Source: Minutocellus sp. GHC0000111 (lineage: Eukaryota). Taken from it: a stretch of DNA of 64,000 bases. The notes under the pieces were generated by a model. That model had not been told where the DNA came from. It was given only the letters and a program-made list of their open reading frames with translations, and did not search any database. Positions 12,782 to 25,333 of this stretch are shown here, one piece after another. The stretch spans positions 3,596,001 through 3,660,000 of the forward strand of contig OZ361260.1 of NCBI GenBank assembly GCA_977018835.1, given 5' to 3'. The position numbers and the translations under genes are program-made. How positions within the stretch are numbered: position 1 is the stretch's first letter; each line of letters begins with the position of its first letter.

Positions 12782-14623
12782 ATGATGCGCCGTCTCCCCT
12801 CTATGGAAAATGGACAGGCGGCCTTTGGGGATTTCGCCGCTGCCATGTCCCCTCATCAGACTCATCATCCCCAGCAGTTTGTCCACCGTCAGCATCCTCC
12901 CCCTCCCCCTCAACCCCAGCTGTACGACCACGCCAGTCAGAGTCAGTACAACCAACACTACTATTCCCACCCCCCAAACGTCGGCACCCCCAGTAGCCAC
13001 AGCGGTTATTCCACCAGTGCTGTAGCTGACCCGACGACTCCCACTGCCGCCGCCGCCACCGCCGCCAGCTATTATCAGCCCCCTACACCCAGCGCCGGCA
13101 CCCCCAATCGCCACAATGGATATCCAACCTCCACGACTCCCACTGCTGCTGCTGCTTCCGCCAACGCCACCGCTGCAGTCCTCCCCAATAACGGCGCCTC
13201 CAACTACTCCTTTTCGAATTTCGATGCCCCCGTCCATGCCGGTGGGAATGTTCTCGCCAACAACGCCAACGGCTTTGGCAATGGCTACCATGGTCACCAT
13301 GGTCACCACGGCGACGCCGAGGCGTGGCTGCAGTCCCCGGCGGCCACACTCCTCGTCCAGCGGTGCGTGACCGCGCACAAGTGGGACGAGCCGTTGGCCC
13401 ATCGAGTCCTAGCCGAATACACCCGTTTCTGTCGCCTCAAGATCCGGATGGGTGACGCCAACGATCAGAATATGGTCGCCCCTTCCCTCGTCCATCAAGT
13501 GTGGCAGTCGCACTATCTGGACTCCATCCGCTACATGGAGGACATTCAATCCATCTGTGGCCGCGGTACCTACCTGCATTTCAATCAATACGATGCCTCT
13601 GACGATGGCACCAAGGCCCGTCGCATCCAGTCCACTGAGACGGCCCTTATGGCCATGTTTGGCAACGGTGGCATCGATCGCGACATCTGGACCTATTACA
13701 CGGACGCCTCCACTACCTTTTCTGCGGCAGCAGCCCACACCATCGCCTCCCGGGTTGGGGGAGTCGGCATTGGGTTTGGCTATGGTGCCAATGCCGGTAC
13801 GACTCCCGCTAGTGGCGCCAGCAAGCGTGGTACTCCCAGCAGCATCACTAGCAAGCACGGCGGTGCCGGTACAACTCCTTCGTCTGCCTCCCGCCGCCCA
13901 CCTTCAGTCCTCAGGTCGTCCAACAGGACCAACAATACTCCTCTGTCCACCGTTCGCGAGAATGCCGTATCTTTCAAGGATCAGATCAAAAAGGAGATCA
14001 GCGATGACGGCATCGGCGAGATCGCAGAGGGGGAGGAAGAAGATGGCGACGACGACGGTACCTATAACGACGAGGAGTCCATCAAGAGTAAGGAGGGTAG
14101 CGATGAGGAGAACTCTTTCGAGCCAGTGAAGAAAAGGAGGAAGTCCAAGACCTCCAAGCCGACTCGCAAGACCAAGACAACGCCCAAGGCCTCCTCGGTT
14201 GTCAACCAGGAGACTCCCTCCAGCTCGAGCGAGATGAAGACCCCTTCGAGGAAGGCGAGCTCGAGCAGGACGAAGAAGATTTCGAGCAAGGCTGATTCGT
14301 TGGATAACACCTCCTCCGGAACCATCGCGGCTAGTAGCAAGACGAAGGTGGTCGTGACCAGCTTGTCCGGGGACGAAACAAAGGAGATTCTCGTCGCCCC
14401 GACTACTACCGCCACTTCCTTGAGAGATTACTACTTGCAGTGTATGCATTTGACTGAGCATCTTCCGGAGACATGGAAATTCACACACAAAGGTCTCCTC
14501 CTCGAGAAGGATACGATTCTTTCCTCCCTCGTGCCACCTGGCACGGAGCTCCATCTCCGGGCAATCCTGGACGTTAGTCCCATCCGCATCGACATGTTTG
14601 ATGGTAGCATCATTGAGATTTAG
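12782..14623 (+). CDS. GRDP-like (glycine-rich domain-containing) protein with a C-terminal ubiquitin-like domain
   Basis: WDEPLAHRVLAEYTRF...PSLVHQVWQSHYLDSIRY motif; C-terminal KVVVTSLSG..KEILV...FTHKGLLLEKD.ILS...GTELHL ubiquitin-like pattern. Confidence 0.6.
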   Translation: MMRRLPSMENGQAAFGDFAAAMSPHQTHHPQQFVHRQHPPPPPQPQLYDHASQSQYNQHYYSHPPNVGTPSSHSGYSTSAVADPTTPTAAAATAASYYQPPTPSAGTPNRHNGYPTSTTPTAAAASANATAAVLPNNGASNYSFSNFDAPVHAGGNVLANNANGFGNGYHGHHGHHGDAEAWLQSPAATLLVQRCVTAHKWDEPLAHRVLAEYTRFCRLKIRMGDANDQNMVAPSLVHQVWQSHYLDSIRYMEDIQSICGRGTYLHFNQYDASDDGTKARRIQSTETALMAMFGNGGIDRDIWTYYTDASTTFSAAAAHTIASRVGGVGIGFGYGANAGTTPASGASKRGTPSSITSKHGGAGTTPSSASRRPPSVLRSSNRTNNTPLSTVRENAVSFKDQIKKEISDDGIGEIAEGEEEDGDDDGTYNDEESIKSKEGSDEENSFEPVKKRRKSKTSKPTRKTKTTPKASSVVNQETPSSSSEMKTPSRKASSSRTKKISSKADSLDNTSSGTIAASSKTKVVVTSLSGDETKEILVAPTTTATSLRDYYLQCMHLTEHLPETWKFTHKGLLLEKDTILSSLVPPGTELHLRAILDVSPIRIDMFDGSIIEI

Positions 14624-14929
14624 GTTGGCCTCGCAGCTTAGCAGCGAACGAGTATTTTCATCGACCCATTTGATATCATTCATTTCTTCATTTATCAATC
14701 GGGTCCAGGGGCAACTAACAATACGGGCAATACGTTTATTAGCTGAATCGAATCGAAACTATAGATATATTGTGCGGTGCCCCTTCTAGCTATGTAGCTA
14801 TCTACATGCGTGTACATAGTACCGACAAGCGTGCGCCCAGCAAGCAACTCAACTTGAATCTGAGTCGGTACCAGCCGCCCAATTCCATGACAACGTATTG
14901 CATAGCAACAACCAAAAAGTCCCCTATCA

Positions 14930-15548
14930 TCACCTGGAATTAGTCTTCTTCAAATCATCGATCGTTCTACTCAGTTCCCTTATCCGATTCCTCATCTCTT
15001 CGTTTTCATTCCGCAGGGCATCGACATCGACGTTGGTTGTTGACGAGCTCCCCAGGTACTTTCGCACGTACTCCACAGCCGATTGTGGTCTCTCCGGCTC
15101 CTCGTACAGACCGACCAGTGCCTTGGTCAGCGCGTCGATGACTCCGCTCTTTTCGAGGTATTTGCGGAACTCCTCCTTCTTGGCATCGGCCGACTGCATA
15201 AAATAATAAGCGTGTGAGGGTTGCGTGTGTGGACGGACGTGGTTGGGTAGATGGAGGAGACACGTAGAATGATGTGAGATCCGATACATGTAGAACACAC
15301 CTTGGCACGTGGCAAACGACGATATAATCCACTGAAGACACGGTATAGTTGAGGAACCAATGCATTGCCTCACCACAGCCAAACGAATGGAGTTCATGCT
15401 TTGCCCCGTGTCCACGCATGTCTTACCCAACATAACCTAACAGAACAAAGCAAGCACATCTCAAATTACAAATAATCCAACTTCGACAAATAGACACACA
15501 TCACTATCCCACCTAACTGCATAATATGCGTACCTGATAGTTGGACAT
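14930..15548 (-). CDS. MYCBP: c-Myc-binding protein homolog (AMY-1); exon 1 15548-15534, intron 15533-15194, exon 2 15193-14930
   Basis: Spliced product MSNYQSADAKKEEFRKYLEKSGVIDALTKALVGLYEEPERP is the MYCBP signature. Confidence 0.9.
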
Positions 15549-15805
15549 CCTTCGTGTTATTATTGCCTTGCTGGTGATTACCCATAAGGACCGCCCCCCG
15601 CCGACGCCGCCGCCGGCCGCGCGGGGCCCAGACTAGCTTCGAAGCTAGCAGAGCCTCTGCGCGCCCGCGCGCGACGAGGAGCAGTTTGCCCGCGTACCTT
15701 AGTCAAACTTCTGCGCTCCCGAACATCACATGTCAGGATCGCATCGGATGCATCAATGCATCAATCAGGAGAAAGATACGAATAATTATCTATCGTAGAG
15801 AAAGG

Positions 15806-16462
15806 ATGGACGCCAAGAGAATCTGCGATGGTTGTTCGGATCCGGTCCTGCCAGGCGATCCGGATAAATCCAAGCTTGTTCGGTGTTCTCGGTGTCAAGA
15901 TGCGTGGTATCACAATCGAGATTGTCAGCGTGCGCACTACCCTCAGCACGAACAACTGTGCAAGCAAAAAGCTGTCGCCTTGAGGACGAGTGGCGAGGCA
16001 ATAGATGGCAGCAAGTGTAGCATCTCCTCGTGCGGCGATGCCGTTGTTGCTACTGCTTTCGATATTGACAAGCACATCACTAGTGGCATGTGTAAAAAAC
16101 ACTGGGCTACTATGACAAAGTTCCCTAGGACCGAATATCGCTTGATGTGCAGTGACAAAAGTGGTATGATTCGCCCCCAACCACCAGACATTGCGTTCAA
16201 CATGCTTACATTGGCCGAATGTATTCCTACCGAAGCTGATCTAATGCCGCACCTATCCATTCGACGGTGGGACTATAACGATGGCGTTGTCTACATCATT
16301 TCAACTCCCGCATACATGCCAACGTGGGACGCCATTTGCACTTGCTTCAAGGACGTCCAAAGTGCTGGGGCCGTTTTGAGTGAGGACCCTCAGATGAAAA
16401 TGGGGACTGTCCTGACTTGGAAGAGACCAGGAACAAAGCCTGAGATATTCCGCCTTCATTAA
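15806..16462 (+). CDS. MYND-type zinc finger protein
   Basis: CDGC...RCSRCQDAWYHNRDCQRAHYPQHEQLC. Confidence 0.8.
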   Translation: MDAKRICDGCSDPVLPGDPDKSKLVRCSRCQDAWYHNRDCQRAHYPQHEQLCKQKAVALRTSGEAIDGSKCSISSCGDAVVATAFDIDKHITSGMCKKHWATMTKFPRTEYRLMCSDKSGMIRPQPPDIAFNMLTLAECIPTEADLMPHLSIRRWDYNDGVVYIISTPAYMPTWDAICTCFKDVQSAGAVLSEDPQMKMGTVLTWKRPGTKPEIFRLH

Positions 16463-16840
16463 TCAATACCTTCAAGAATAGTCAAGTGCGTAGTTGATAG
16501 AAAGTCAGTATTTTATTTAATTCCCATGGTTACTTTTGACAAGTGGTACAATTTCTAATCTAAGAATCTCTACCTATGCGATTCTCTTCCCCCACGAGGG
16601 GATAAAAACGGCTTATGCCGACAGATATGTGTGTGCTTATACTCAAATTTGAGAGTGAAAGATATGCATTGTGTGCGTAATTTTTGAAGACAGGTCGACG
16701 GCGGGTAGGTGGCAGGCGCAAGCCGGAGAGTGATCAATCTGAAGATGCCGGAGGTACGTAGCACCGAACACTCGAGGAAGAAAGGCAACTTGGTAGTCGA
16801 TCCAAGATTGATTCATGTGAGGCAAGTATGAGGCCCCAAA

Positions 16841-17306
16841 TCAGCCCACTATGCGCCTTGGTGGATTGGCGATGGCCCTGCCACTGTCGGGTGTTACAGG
16901 AGTTGCGTGGGCACTGACATGTGTCTGAGATTGGCCTCGCTGCCGTTGCGATGAGGTGGAAGATTTTGTTGATGAATTGGACGAATCAAGTATTTCGTCA
17001 ACATCCATGGGAGAAACGGGCCGGGAAGAACGCGTTGACGACGGGCGTCGGTGGTGGTTGGCCACGACGGCCATCGTAGCTCTCACTGCGAGGGCATCCT
17101 GTCTGGCCCGTTCGGCAGCAATTCGCTGTGGCCTGGTCGAATGCCGCAACGATGCAGCACGGAGAGCTTCATCGTCGTCGGCATCCTTATCCCACTGCCG
17201 GTCCTACTCGTCGAGGACAGCGTCTAGGATGGCCTTCTTCACTGCCTTGCGCTCCTGCATGGCGGCAGCGCTTCGCATGTGTTCGATCCCTCGGATGCTG
17301 ACAACT

Positions 17307-17337
<31 letters not shown>

Positions 17338-17605
17338 TATTGTGTGGCACGCCCTGCTGATCTTGTCGGCGTATGGTTTGGATGTCCTGGACGAGATTGC
17401 GCTGGCTGTTGTGCGAGTCCACTTCGGTGGTGTAGGTGGCCTGGTACTCCTCCTCGGTCATGTCATCGAGATGAAGATGGAGAAATACTTTGGATTTTCG
17501 ACTGAATCCAACTCGACGAGTAGGTCGAGCCGATGATGTCGATGATCGCCGGCGAGACCGGGATGGCGTGGAGGCCATGGCCGGTGGCGAAGAATATGTG
17601 GACAT
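16841..17605 (-). CDS. Diatom-type hypothetical protein ('V.FS...RG[I/L]E...VL.EQ.RQ' family) with in-frame TAG at 17204-17206
   Basis: ORFs 17204..17605 and 16841..17149 are in frame: AILDAVLDE*DRQWDKD...AAERARQDA. Confidence 0.6.
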
Positions 17606-18483
17606 CCCGCCAAAAGAATGAGTAGAGACAAAGGTTTCTGAGCTTGTGATTCGAATTCTTGTGCGGCTCGACAGTGCGCGCTCTGAAATCTTTGCGGCTA
17701 CAATCGATGTGTCTGCCGACGCCTAGCTCGCTAGAGAGCTGGCTAGAATCTTGCTCGTGCTACCGAAGTAATCAACCAAATAATATGAGAGATGTGAACT
17801 GAAAACGGGAAATATGATATTGTGCGGGATGAATGGGTGATCAGTCAGTGGCACGTCTGATGGATTGAGTGTAGCTTTGTCGACCACCTCATCTTCTTTC
17901 AGTGCGACCCGACCCATTGATGTGTCGATGCTCCAAAGGCAAAAATCGCAAAAAGACAGCGCGTCATCCTTCCACGGGGTTCCACGGGGAGCCTGAAGAA
18001 TGCTTTCAAAGTGATGGATTCTGAGATGCTCCTCTTTAACAAAGCCTGTCAGAAAGTGATAAAAAGAAACGATAAAAGCCCTGTGATTAGTGACGCTCCG
18101 TCTGAATTATTTATGGGTCCAAAACCGAGTCCCACTTTTTGCCTCTCCAAAGCCATATGGCCAAATGAGCATAAATGTTTCACCTCTTTGGCCTCTCAAA
18201 ACCACTTCGGCCTCTCCATGGCCTCTTTGGCCTCTCAAAATCATGCTCCTGTGGCCTGTGGCGTATGTGTACGTGTGTGGTTTTTGGTCGTGAAGAGTGA
18301 AAAGAGCGTTGAAAGAACCCGCAAGATCAACACACATATTGGCGGCACGCTTATTCCTTGCCAGCGTGGAAGACTTTGGTGCCGGTAGCACTTTGCACAC
18401 ATTTACCGGATTGATTCCGCTGAAGCCCCAACACACATCTACCAAGCACGCGCTGTAAACAAAACAGCGAATACCACAAAATA

Positions 18484-19824
18484 ATGCAATTCCAACTCTC
18501 CGACACGAACATGGACATTATGAACAGCAGTACGAGCGATAGCGAGCGGCTCTCCGTGGTTGACTCGGCAACTTCGAATTCCACTTCACAAACGCCTCAA
18601 AATCAGGTGCTCAAAGAACATCGGCACCAATCGATCGAAGGGGATAATGATAACAACAACAAGACCGCCGAAGAGCACAACAAGCAACACCAAGAGCAAG
18701 AGGCCGAAGCCGAAATTAATATCATTGGACTGATCGTCGAGCACGACGCTGTCGCCACCTCGGACGACATTTGCTTCGACATCTCCATGGGTATCGAGCG
18801 ATTCCACCAGTCGGAAATCATTCTCGAAGATGACATCGTCAAGGGTGAAGAAGGCGATGACGCATGCGACCAAAAAGACGCCGACATGGACGACTACTCT
18901 CAACAGGAATTTGAGATACCCCTCCCCCCACCAGACGAAGATGAGGATGCTGATGACAACAACAACGACGAGCCCGCCCGTTTGGTCCCCTCCTGCAGTG
19001 TCCTTCTTCGTCAGGCACAGTCGAGATCGTCATCGGACCTGACAGACGACTCCGATTTCAATTCCAACGAAACTGGTATGTTGCATAACGGCGACCGTCG
19101 CAGTCTCCTCGCTCGCAACAAGGCCAACTCCGTCGCAGCCATCAAGTGCTGCACCACTCGGCGGGCCTTTAGTGACCACGATGCAATCATCCTCTCCAAC
19201 ATCGACGAGGATGAAGAAGAGGACGAATCCACCAACGATGATTTTGAAATGAGTCTCACTCGCATGAGTATGGACCACCAACGCCGGTACACCGGCAGCA
19301 GCTCCTCCCACTACTCCTACAGCAACCGCCGTCAGTCGAACGACAGCTATGCCTCGGCTTACTCCACCCGTGGCCGTCGACGATCGTCCATGGCCTCGAC
19401 GCAGAGCGGGGCTACTACGGCCTCCGGTGGTCGCGCCCGTCGTCGCGCCTCCCGCCGCATGTCAACCGAGTGCCACGATAGTCTCATCCTCGACGAGCTG
19501 TCGGCGATGGCCGAGGCCACCATGCGCAGAGACCAGACCACTAAGAGCAAGTGCAATCCTAACGACGGCAGCGTCGACACCATCGCGACGGCGGCTAGCA
19601 GCGCTTCCACCTTCCGAAGGCCGTCCATGCTTGCCAGCGCCATCGAGAACAATGACTTCTACCAGCGTCAGCCCGTTGCCAACGAAGACCTGTACGCCTA
19701 CGACGGCAGTTGCATCATCACCAAGCTGAACCGATCCATTGCTAGGGATTGGGACATGTCTGGAGGCTGTCCATTGAAGGATCAGGCCCGCCGTCGGAAC
19801 AATAGACGATCGACCATGATCTAA
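18484..19824 (+). CDS. Hypothetical low-complexity acidic and Ser/Arg-rich protein
   Basis: 446-aa ORF with coding-like codon usage; no recognisable domain. Confidence 0.65.
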   Translation: MQFQLSDTNMDIMNSSTSDSERLSVVDSATSNSTSQTPQNQVLKEHRHQSIEGDNDNNNKTAEEHNKQHQEQEAEAEINIIGLIVEHDAVATSDDICFDISMGIERFHQSEIILEDDIVKGEEGDDACDQKDADMDDYSQQEFEIPLPPPDEDEDADDNNNDEPARLVPSCSVLLRQAQSRSSSDLTDDSDFNSNETGMLHNGDRRSLLARNKANSVAAIKCCTTRRAFSDHDAIILSNIDEDEEEDESTNDDFEMSLTRMSMDHQRRYTGSSSSHYSYSNRRQSNDSYASAYSTRGRRRSSMASTQSGATTASGGRARRRASRRMSTECHDSLILDELSAMAEATMRRDQTTKSKCNPNDGSVDTIATAASSASTFRRPSMLASAIENNDFYQRQPVANEDLYAYDGSCIITKLNRSIARDWDMSGGCPLKDQARRRNNRRSTMI

Positions 19825-20008
19825 AAAAGGACCAAGAGGGAAAAAAAGAAATGAGAATAGTCCTCGTTGTACATGACAATATGCTGATATGTATTCAGCT
19901 ACACACACACACACACACCTTTTGTCATTCAATTCATCCCCTTGCTACCGTAGGTCTACAGAGTGATTTCACGAGAGAGCAGACACCCCCTCCGCGATGT
20001 TTCGTAAA

Positions 20009-20095
20009 CATTGTACCAACTTCCTTTTATTGATGATCCTTACTCAGAAGGGTATTGTAGACCATAATCAACAATAAAAGGAAGTTGGTACAATG
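20009..20095. repeat. Inverted repeat/hairpin with 29-bp arms (one mismatch) and a 29-nt loop
   Basis: CATTGTACCAACTTCCTTTTATTG (20009-20032) is the exact reverse complement of 20072-20095. Confidence 0.9.
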
Positions 20096-21791
20096 ATCTT
20101 GGTGCTCTTTTAGCACATGATATAGATACGGTATTAGAGTGTTTCTTTTGGTACACTATTGTTTGAAAATTTATTTTTATGTCGTAGAATACACTTGTGC
20201 TGTTTCAAGAAAGAAAAAATACATCAAACTTTATAACGAAACAAAACCCATTTCGTTCAACGAATGGGGCCACAACATGTGTCGCCGACGTGCCTCCCAT
20301 TGAGAACAATCAAGACTACGGGGCACCATACCCTTGTAATAGCCTTTCACAACACTGTGGTGCAGCAGGAGACTTGCAATTACTTTTTTGAGCCTTGAAA
20401 AATTCGTTCGCGTTAGACCCGATTTTTTCGACAGTTTCCGACGTTCCATCACGACCATGTTCGCCCGATGTACAGCACCACCCCGGCCATCGCATACACT
20501 CTGACCACCTAGATGCCTTCCTGAATATTACTCGAAGGGATTTTTGGGCGATAGTGGTGCGTCGGTGCGTGCCTGTACCGCGAAATTTGGCCCAGCGCCA
20601 TTACCACCCCCATTACACCACCCATCCGAAAGTTGGTCCGGATGCTTTTATGCGGTCCATGCACCACTTCCGTTGCACTGAGCCGTCGACGCTTCACCCA
20701 TATATATACCAAGCGCATTTGAGTGGGGGGTGGTGGCATTTCTCGACAATTCATAGAGAAAACTATTCCCAAAGTCCCGTGTCTGATGTCGGCACCAGAT
20801 TTCACCTTCATTGCTTCTGCCGCCCGAGAGGAACGAAACCGGAGAAAGCGGCCAAACCATCACGTGAGATCGATGGATGTAATATAGAATGAGCATCGTG
20901 CGTGCTGATATTGCGTGAAGGAACAGTGGTTGAGGCTTGAAGGGGGTTGTAGTTGGGGATTTGCTACTTTCAGATGTTTTTGCTTTCCATGGTGACGGCC
21001 ACAATGATACAAAGATGGGGCCCAATATCGACCCTCTGGCGCAAACTTGCTCCCAATATTACCCAAGTGAAAGTAATGCCGGTCAGGGAGGATTGAAATG
21101 GATGTAGACAAGCATCAGCCATCATTCTTTGCCATTTTGAGGGTAAAAAAATATTGAAAATTTCTGGGCATGAGGAGATGTTGCTAAAATAGCACATGAT
21201 GTACGAATGAGTTTGCTTTCAAGTATGCAATACTCACCTAACGCATGTAGTTGGCGTATACATCGGTTGGCTTGGAGTTATTTATCGTTATACCATCATT
21301 TGGTGGCCTTCTTGTGGAGATGAATTCTCCTTGCTTTCGCCGTGTTGAGAGAGGCCATTTAGTGGGTTCATTTTTGCGCTGCATAAAGTATCGCACAAAA
21401 AAATTTCCTAGTGCGTTTTGTCGGCGGTCTCGTGGAATCACTCTACATGTAGATCTACGACGTAAAAAAGAGATGCCGAGCTGGCCATCTTTATTAGAGT
21501 GCAAAATTTTAGAGCTACATTTAGGAATCCTACCTTGCGTACATGTACTATCATTGACCCCCATTCATGGAGGTCGTCCATCGATCCGCGACGCATGAAT
21601 GGGGGGTGGGTCATCATCTTCTTCGCTCGCGCCTCGATCGCTCAACATAAAAAAGAACCCGGAGCGGAGGCGTCCATCTCTTCGATAAAATAAAAATGCG
21701 CGGAGGCCGCTCAACCGCTCATTTTCGTGCCATGGCGCTCCGCGCTGCTTGAAGGGCTCCAGCAACCCGAGCGAAGGCAATACAAGCAATA

Positions 21792-24700
21792 ATGCTCCGC
21801 GTGACGCCTCTGTACGGATCGTACGGCCACCATCCGGCGTCGGCCTCCCTGTCCATCCCCCCCTCGTCGACGTTGGTGGAGTACGGCGGAGTCCGCGTCT
21901 TGGTCAACGTCGGGTGGGACGAGAGCTACCCCCTCCTCGACGGTCCAGCGGCGGCCGCCAGCGCCAGCACCAGCACCAGCGCCAGCCAACAAATTCCACC
22001 CGCGTCGCTGCCGGACGTGGATGCCATCGTCATTACGGACTCGACTTTGGCCAGTCTCGGCGGGCTGCCCATCTACCTCGGTCGGAGGGGACGGGCGCGT
22101 CGCGCAGCCGCCGCCGCCGCCGAAGGCGAGGATGGCAAGGCAGCTACCGACGGCAAGCCAGATCTGCCCCCGATACCGCCCATCTACGGGACGTATCCCA
22201 CCCTCAAGATGGGCCAGATGACGCTGTACGACTACCACGCCACGCAGTGCCTCGACGGGAGGGATCCGGGATTCGATCTGGCCGACGTCGACGAGCTCTT
22301 CGCGGAGGGCCGGCACTTTCGTCCGCTCAAGTACTCGCAGACGTTGAATCTGCCCCTGCCACCGGTGTCTGCCGAGGTCGGACCGAAGCGTGGCGGTGCT
22401 GCAGCAGCTGGAGTGGCAGTCCCCCAACGGCCACCGTTGCTGGGCATTACCCCTCATCGGGCTGGACATGTCACTGGTGGTGCCTTTTTTGTCCTCCGAA
22501 GGCTGTCGGACGAGACCGAGGTCGTGGTGGCACCTGGACACGCCTACCATCATGCCAAGGAACGGCATTTGGACGGTGCGACGCTGCACAAGTTTGGCGC
22601 CGCGGCCGACGTGCTGGTCACCAGCCCCGGTGGGAGCGGGGGGCTTCTGGGCAGCCTGTACCGACCCCCGCCGTCGGGTGGGGGCAAGGCCATCCTTGCC
22701 AACTCCACCGTGACGCGCCGGGAGACGGAGCTGGTGGAGCTCGTCATGGCCGCCCTCCGTCGTGGCGGCAACGTCCTCCTTCCCGTCGACGCCAGCGGCC
22801 GCGTCCTCGAGCTCCTCCTCGTACTGGGCAGGCACTGGGAGCGGCAGAGGTTGGGAAGCGCCTACAACCTCGTCTGGGTTGGCAGCATGACGTGGAATAC
22901 CATCGAGTTTGCCCGTTCGCAGCTGGAGTGGATGGCAGCTCCGCTTGGTGCTCAGTTCGATTCGCAGAGAGGGTACGTCGACTTCGCAGTGACGGGGCAT
23001 TCTTTTGCTTTGGTCTTGATGTGCGTGTGTGTGTATTGGCGATTATGTGAATGTGCTCTTCTCACCCATCATTTACCCCTGTGTTCCACCATACAGACAT
23101 CCTTATGCTCTCAAGGCATTCAATATATGCTCAAGCCTATCCGAGCTGGATGCCATCGTTGAGGCGTCTAATGGTAACCCTACGGTAGCTCTTGCGTCGG
23201 GAGCATCACTCGATTCGGGTCCCGCCCGTGATCTACTGTTGCGATGGTCGGAGAATCAAGATAACGCTGTTATTCTGACCGACAGCAGTCGATGCGTTCC
23301 CCGCGGTGACGTCGGTGCTGCCAAAGTTCTGGGATTGCCTAGCTTTGGTCAAAAAGTTGGGACCGCTGGTCAAATCGGGGCGGGAACTGTGGCTGGGGAA
23401 ACAGTCGAGGCCGAAGAGGAGGGAGGAGAGGGAGCCACCGCCCTCGTCGGATCGGCCATTCTCGCTGCCGATGTATCTGATCAATCGACAGCAGCGCAGC
23501 TTCTTACCAAGTGGTGCGAAGCAAAGGCCTCGCGAGAGGAGATGGCGGATGTCGTGGACGTTGATGTACCTGTACCTCACAGGTCTCCCCTTGCCGGTGT
23601 GGAGCTCCAAGCCTTCCTTGCGGAAGAAGAGAAAGCGAGAAAACGAAAGCAGGCAGAAAAGGAGCGCAAGGCAATGCTCGCAGAGGTTGAGAAAGCCAAG
23701 GAGAGCCTTCACCTCGGAGATGAAGATGCTGGCGGGGCTGCGACTGTTGCAGTTTCGACTGACAGGATCTCTGGTGCAACATCAAGGATTGCCGGGACAA
23801 AGACCAAGAGTGGAGCAGTCACCGCTAAAAGACCCAGGAAGAAGAGCAGTTTCGATCAGAACCTCTTTCTCAAAGTTCTCCAAACCATTGCACATGACCT
23901 TCGCAGTCAGAGATGAGACTGTTGGTATTGGGCAGGCAGACATAGTGAAAACGTCCTTTGGTATTGCCGAAAGTGCCAGATCAAATGTCGTCTAAGATGA
24001 TTATGGCATCGCCGTCGAACCAGAGAGATTTGTCGATATTGTAACAGGGGTTGACCCGTCGAAGGGAAGTGGACGCATTGCCGACCAAGCCAAGGGACTT
24101 GGATTTGGTGCTGATTGCCGGCCTCTCTTCTCATCTAGTGCGCTGGCTGGATCCGGCGAGGATGGTCCGGCTCCTGAAGAAGGTGACGCTGCTGACGACG
24201 AGCAGGCCCTAGAGGCTGCGGATCTTTCGGAAGGCAGAGGTATCATCCGCGGACGGAATGGTCGCCCTCCCATCAAGGTCACGGCTCTTCCACGTAAGAT
24301 TGAGGTATTGGCAGAGGTTGCCTATGTTTCACTAGAGGGCCGTGTGGATGCTCGAGCTGCGCGTCAGTCAATCCGTGCTCTCCAACCGCGACAGGTTGTT
24401 ATCCTTGGGGGAGGAAAGCCCAAGATCGCTGGCGCTCTAATCCAAGACAAATCCAGTGGAGCAGAAGTGAGCGAAGTGTCGCTTCTTTCTGAGGCTGTCA
24501 AGTCTCTTTCCGTAGACAAAGATAGCCACCCTGTCTTTGCTCCTTCTGACAACGAGACAATCGAACTGAATGTAGGACATGCCGCGTATTCTGTCCGTCT
24601 TATTGATACTCCCTACAGAAACCAAGAGGAGAGAGACGCTGCAGCAGCTGCCGGAGAAGACCTCGAAGAAGAGGCTCTACCTGAGCCCTTCGAGGCAAAG

Positions 24701-25054
24701 ATGGGCGAATGCACTGTCAGTTTGGTTGAAAATGTCGCAACCGGGCAAAGAGTCGCTGCTGATGGATCCATTGTTTTGGCCCCGAGTGCAGCTCTCGCTG
24801 ATGGGAGCAAACATCACCCTAGTGTTATGATTAGTGACGGTGATGTCCTTCTAACTGATTTGAGGGCGGAACTTATTTCGCAGGGAATGAAGGCTGACTA
24901 CAGTACCCGTGCAGGTTACGCCCAATTGATTGTCAATGAAAGGATTGTGGTGCGAAAGGACCAAGCTACTGGAAAGATCGATGTCGAAGGGCAGCTTTGT
25001 CAAGATTTTTTCTCAATCCGCTCTGTAGTCTGCGGGCAGTACGTGACGTTGTAA
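21792..25054 (+). CDS. CPSF2: Cleavage and polyadenylation specificity factor subunit 2 (CPSF100); intron 22973-23096; frameshift at 23872-23874 and in-frame TAA 23993-23995
   Basis: MBL/beta-CASP motifs (LGGLP, KMGQMTLYD, LKYSQ, AGHVTGG, HHAKERHL, RRGGNVLLPVDASGRVLELL, ARSQLEWM) and C-terminal EGQLCQDFFSIRSVVCGQY. Confidence 0.92.
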
Positions 25055-25333
25055 AATTATTAAGCCAGCCCCAAAACGCACCCGCTGCATCTATCTGAGC
25101 TTGCTAAGAAGGGAAGAATTAAATTATTATACTAGCTAGATCTACGTCGTAGCATCTATTGCTGTACATGTAATTTAAATTACGAATGGAATTGCTACCT
25201 ACGACGCGAGGTCCGGGCACTTTCAATAAAATGAAAAGAAAACATGCCTGCAATATCAGAGCTAGAGCCTACCGGTAGATCGTCAACGTTATCGTTTTCA
25301 ATCTCTTTGGGACCGATATAGATGTCTTCTTCT

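Noticed and set aside
18141..18241. Short direct repeats (CCTCTTTGGCCTCTCAAAA x2) as a CRISPR-like array
   Set aside because: Only two full units, eukaryotic context and no cas genes; at most a promoter repeat.
19901..19918. (AC)n tract and trinucleotide runs (CAT ~47722, GTC ~17309)
   Set aside because: Ordinary microsatellites or homopeptide coding.
2583..23995. Stop-codon reassignment (TAA/TAG read as Gln or Glu) suggested by three in-frame TAR codons
   Set aside because: TAA and TAG terminate genes at conserved C-termini here (CPSF2, PhoX, Rieske). In-frame cases are rare and accompanied by frameshifts, so lesions or errors explain them better.
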